A stretch of 61,499 bases of DNA, the filler included, from Platydemus manokwari (taxonomy: Eukaryota): assembly GCA_037951405.1 (NCBI GenBank). It is 6 parts of 6 records of this genome, joined end to end, with 100 filler letters (N's around TTAATTAATTAA, not from the genome) between each part and the next. Parts side by side here need not be neighbours in the genome. Positions count along the whole stretch, not along the records: positions 49,597 to 61,499 come from JBBMOY010402222.1; 5 more parts are not named here. The stretch is one strand, 5' to 3'. The first letter of the stretch is position 1; each line of letters opens with the position of its first letter. Of the stretch, positions 59,001-61,499 are shown one piece after another. A model generated the notes under the pieces. It had not been told where the DNA came from, ran no database searches, and saw only the letters and a list, made by a program, of their open reading frames with translations. Position numbers and translations under genes: made by a program.

Positions 59001-60181
59001 AATTGGAATTGAAAATATGCTCAGTACTAGTGGATTTTTGGGAAATTTTATTTTCAAATATTAATAAAAATAACCAAGCAAAAAAGATTGCGGGTGTGAT
59101 AAAAATCGATAAGGATAACCCGCTTATTCGCTCTAAATCTACTTTTCTAATGTTTATTTTTATTTCGAGGAAAAAAACTTTCTAAGGATCTTTCTTTTTC
59201 AATAATTTACCAAATGTCTTTTATAGGCACTAAAAATATTATTTTATAAAACATTATTTTATATTCTTTATTAATAAATATTTTTATAGATTATTATTTC
59301 TAGATAATATTCAACGACAATGAGAACAAATCAATTAAATATTTATTGTCTGCTTCGACTAGTAACGAAACCGATCCTTTTAGCTTAACTGATATTCGAG
59401 AGCCTGTCAATGATAGGGATAATCCAGATGTTATTAATTCATACCAGTATAATTATAATTATAATAATTATAATTATAATAATTATTATTACTATTATTA
59501 TTGTTATTATTATATATTATAATATTTAATTTTTTTCGAGGTTTTGATGAAGGAATCGCTGATAGTCAGCCAGTAGGCCGATTTCTATTTATTGGTAATT
59601 TTTAAGTCGACAAATCTCACCATTTAAAAATAAAAATTTGATTGATTCGAACACACAGTGATTTCACTTAAATATCAGCACAACTCTGATATAGATTTTG
59701 AGAAATATTAAAAAATTAGAAATAAACATTTAATTGAAATTATTTCAAGTTATTTTAACAAATAATACTTGTATATTTATAAAATGAAAATTCTGATCGA
59801 AATTGACATTATTTTAATTTCTGTTGGAAATTTGTTTGAATAATGAGTTTAATGGAACACATTTTAAAATAAGGCATTGATAATGAGGGAAATCAATAAT
59901 TCTGATAATTTCAATAATGTAGCTACTGATAACATAAATTATTTTACTAATTATAAATAATATATTATTATAATTATTTAATTTTTAACGCTTTACCAAG
60001 TCATAACAGAGATTGCAATCCAGATTGTGATGAATATGGATTTGTGCCAAATCTACTAGCTCAAATGTCGAAATTTGAATGCTCAAAACTAAATTTATCT
60101 CTGAGTTTTCATCAAGTTGATATTCCAGAATCAAATAGTTTCTCACAAGACGTTAGTTTTGATCTTTCAAATACAACATGA
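56097..60181 (+). CDS. 3' exons of an uncharacterised S/N-rich protein (5'-partial)
   Basis: Five GT-AG exons chain in phase without stops: 56097-56225, 58025-58164, 58220-58263, 59304-59446 and 60001-60181. The TGA overlaps an AATAAA. No domain recognised. Confidence 0.6.
57647..57885. mobile_element. 239-bp piggyBac-type MITE
   Basis: TTAA on both sides (57643-57646 and 57886-57889); ends ccctttcgctg and (reverse complement) cccttttgttg, 9/11 match. Confidence 0.7.
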
Positions 60182-61149
60182 ATAAATTCAATTGACCCTC
60201 ATTATAATTATCATAAATTATCGTAATTGGGCTTAAGTTTAGAAAAGGAGCTCTATGGTCTACTTTTATAGTTTAACTTTGAATATATTTTCTCTAAATT
60301 TTTTTAAAATTTATTTTGTTGGGTGAATGTGATTTTGTTTACTGGATCCTGACGATAAATAATATGTGATGTGATGTATTCCAGTGGTTTTCGTTAATCA
60401 GGTTTTAAGTGTATCGTGTTCCCTTTATTGACAAAACATATTGAATGGTTAACAATGTCAAGCTGACAATCAAATCTTGAAACACAGGTGTATGACCTCA
60501 AATAAAATATATAAATCATTTAACCGTTTTGTACATCTTCAATTGAATATTAAGTGTGATAGAACAAATTTTATCTTTATCTTCTATTTGCTTTTTTAGG
60601 AGCAAACGTGATTGATTTAGAGTTTATTCGATGATACAGTTTATGTGCAAACCCTTTATAAATAAAAGTAAGAGGTCGAAAATGGACAAAACACAATTGT
60701 TAAACCAATTTTTTTAAAAGCAACTCTCTTTATGATTCTTTGCATTTCCAATAAATTTTTACAGTGTTTCCGCAAATACACGACTCCGACATCTGTATCT
60801 AAGCTATTAGTTAAAAATTAATATGTCGACTTGACAATTTCCAGACATACTTAATTGATTAATCTTATAAAATAACCGAAATAGATTAGTGTATCTCTTC
60901 ACTTGGTTTTTATCTTAAAGAAAGATACCACCTCTAATTTTTATAAATTTATAATTCGACATATTTTGACTTGTCTATCAAATTAACATTTTCTGTGAAA
61001 TTTTAAAACTGTAGTGTTTATTTAATTTTTAATTTTCAGATTATTTAATCAAAATTTCAAAATATTTTTAATGAATATCAAGAAATATTCAATATAGTAT
61101 TTTGCAATACACAATAAATTAAAAAAAATTGATTAATATAAAGAAAATG

Positions 61150-61440
61150 GATCCTCAAATAAAATTTTTAATTTGTTGAGAGTATTTCAAAAATCTATAT
61201 AGTTCATTTAATTATATTCTTTAAAAACATATTAAATTTTTATTTAAGTATTTAGGAATAATTTTAGTTGTTTGAAATAAGATATTTAACAGACTAATAT
61301 TTCGAAATGTTCTAAGATTTTAAATTTTGAAATGTTTATAAAAAAATTTATGAAAATAAGCCATGATATTATTAAATATTTATAGTTCAGTAGCTCGATT
61401 TATAATTTAAAAAAATAATTTATTTTTAAAATAAGGTGTG
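61150..61440 (-). repeat. Dispersed repeat, copy 3 (inverted, internally deleted)
   Basis: aatttgttgagagtatttcaaaaatctatatag...ctcgatttataatt is the reverse complement of blocks in 55290-55670. Confidence 0.8.
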
Positions 61441-61499
61441 CCAATCCTAGATTTAAAACATTGTACGTTAAATATATAAATTAAGGTATTACTTGATAT

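Overview
This is AT-rich animal genomic DNA with many ~40-60 nt GT-AG introns and ATT microsatellites; a flatworm such as a planarian is a plausible source, but that is inference only. The window is not one contiguous locus. Five identical 100-nt spacers (44 N + TTAATTAATTAA + 44 N) join six pieces: A 1-9829, B 9930-19294, C 19395-28861, D 28962-40632, E 40733-49496 and F 49597-61499. A holds a dead Tigger/pogo transposon with intact TIRs, a 17-exon ~987-aa gene with two tandem SANTA-like (KNL2/M18BP1-type) domains, and a deleted RLE-type non-LTR retrotransposon. B holds a complete tau-tubulin kinase gene. C holds the 3' part of a PTPN9/MEG2-like phosphatase. D holds part of DNAH10, with an intronless family-B/adhesion-like GPCR nested antisense in one intron. 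E holds a mariner relic, two inverted Gypsy fragments and the 3' exons of ERGIC2. F holds a multi-exon orphan gene missed by the ORF track, plus MITEs. The best novelty candidate is the tandem-SANTA protein. All gene models and family calls were made by hand from motifs; no database searches were run.
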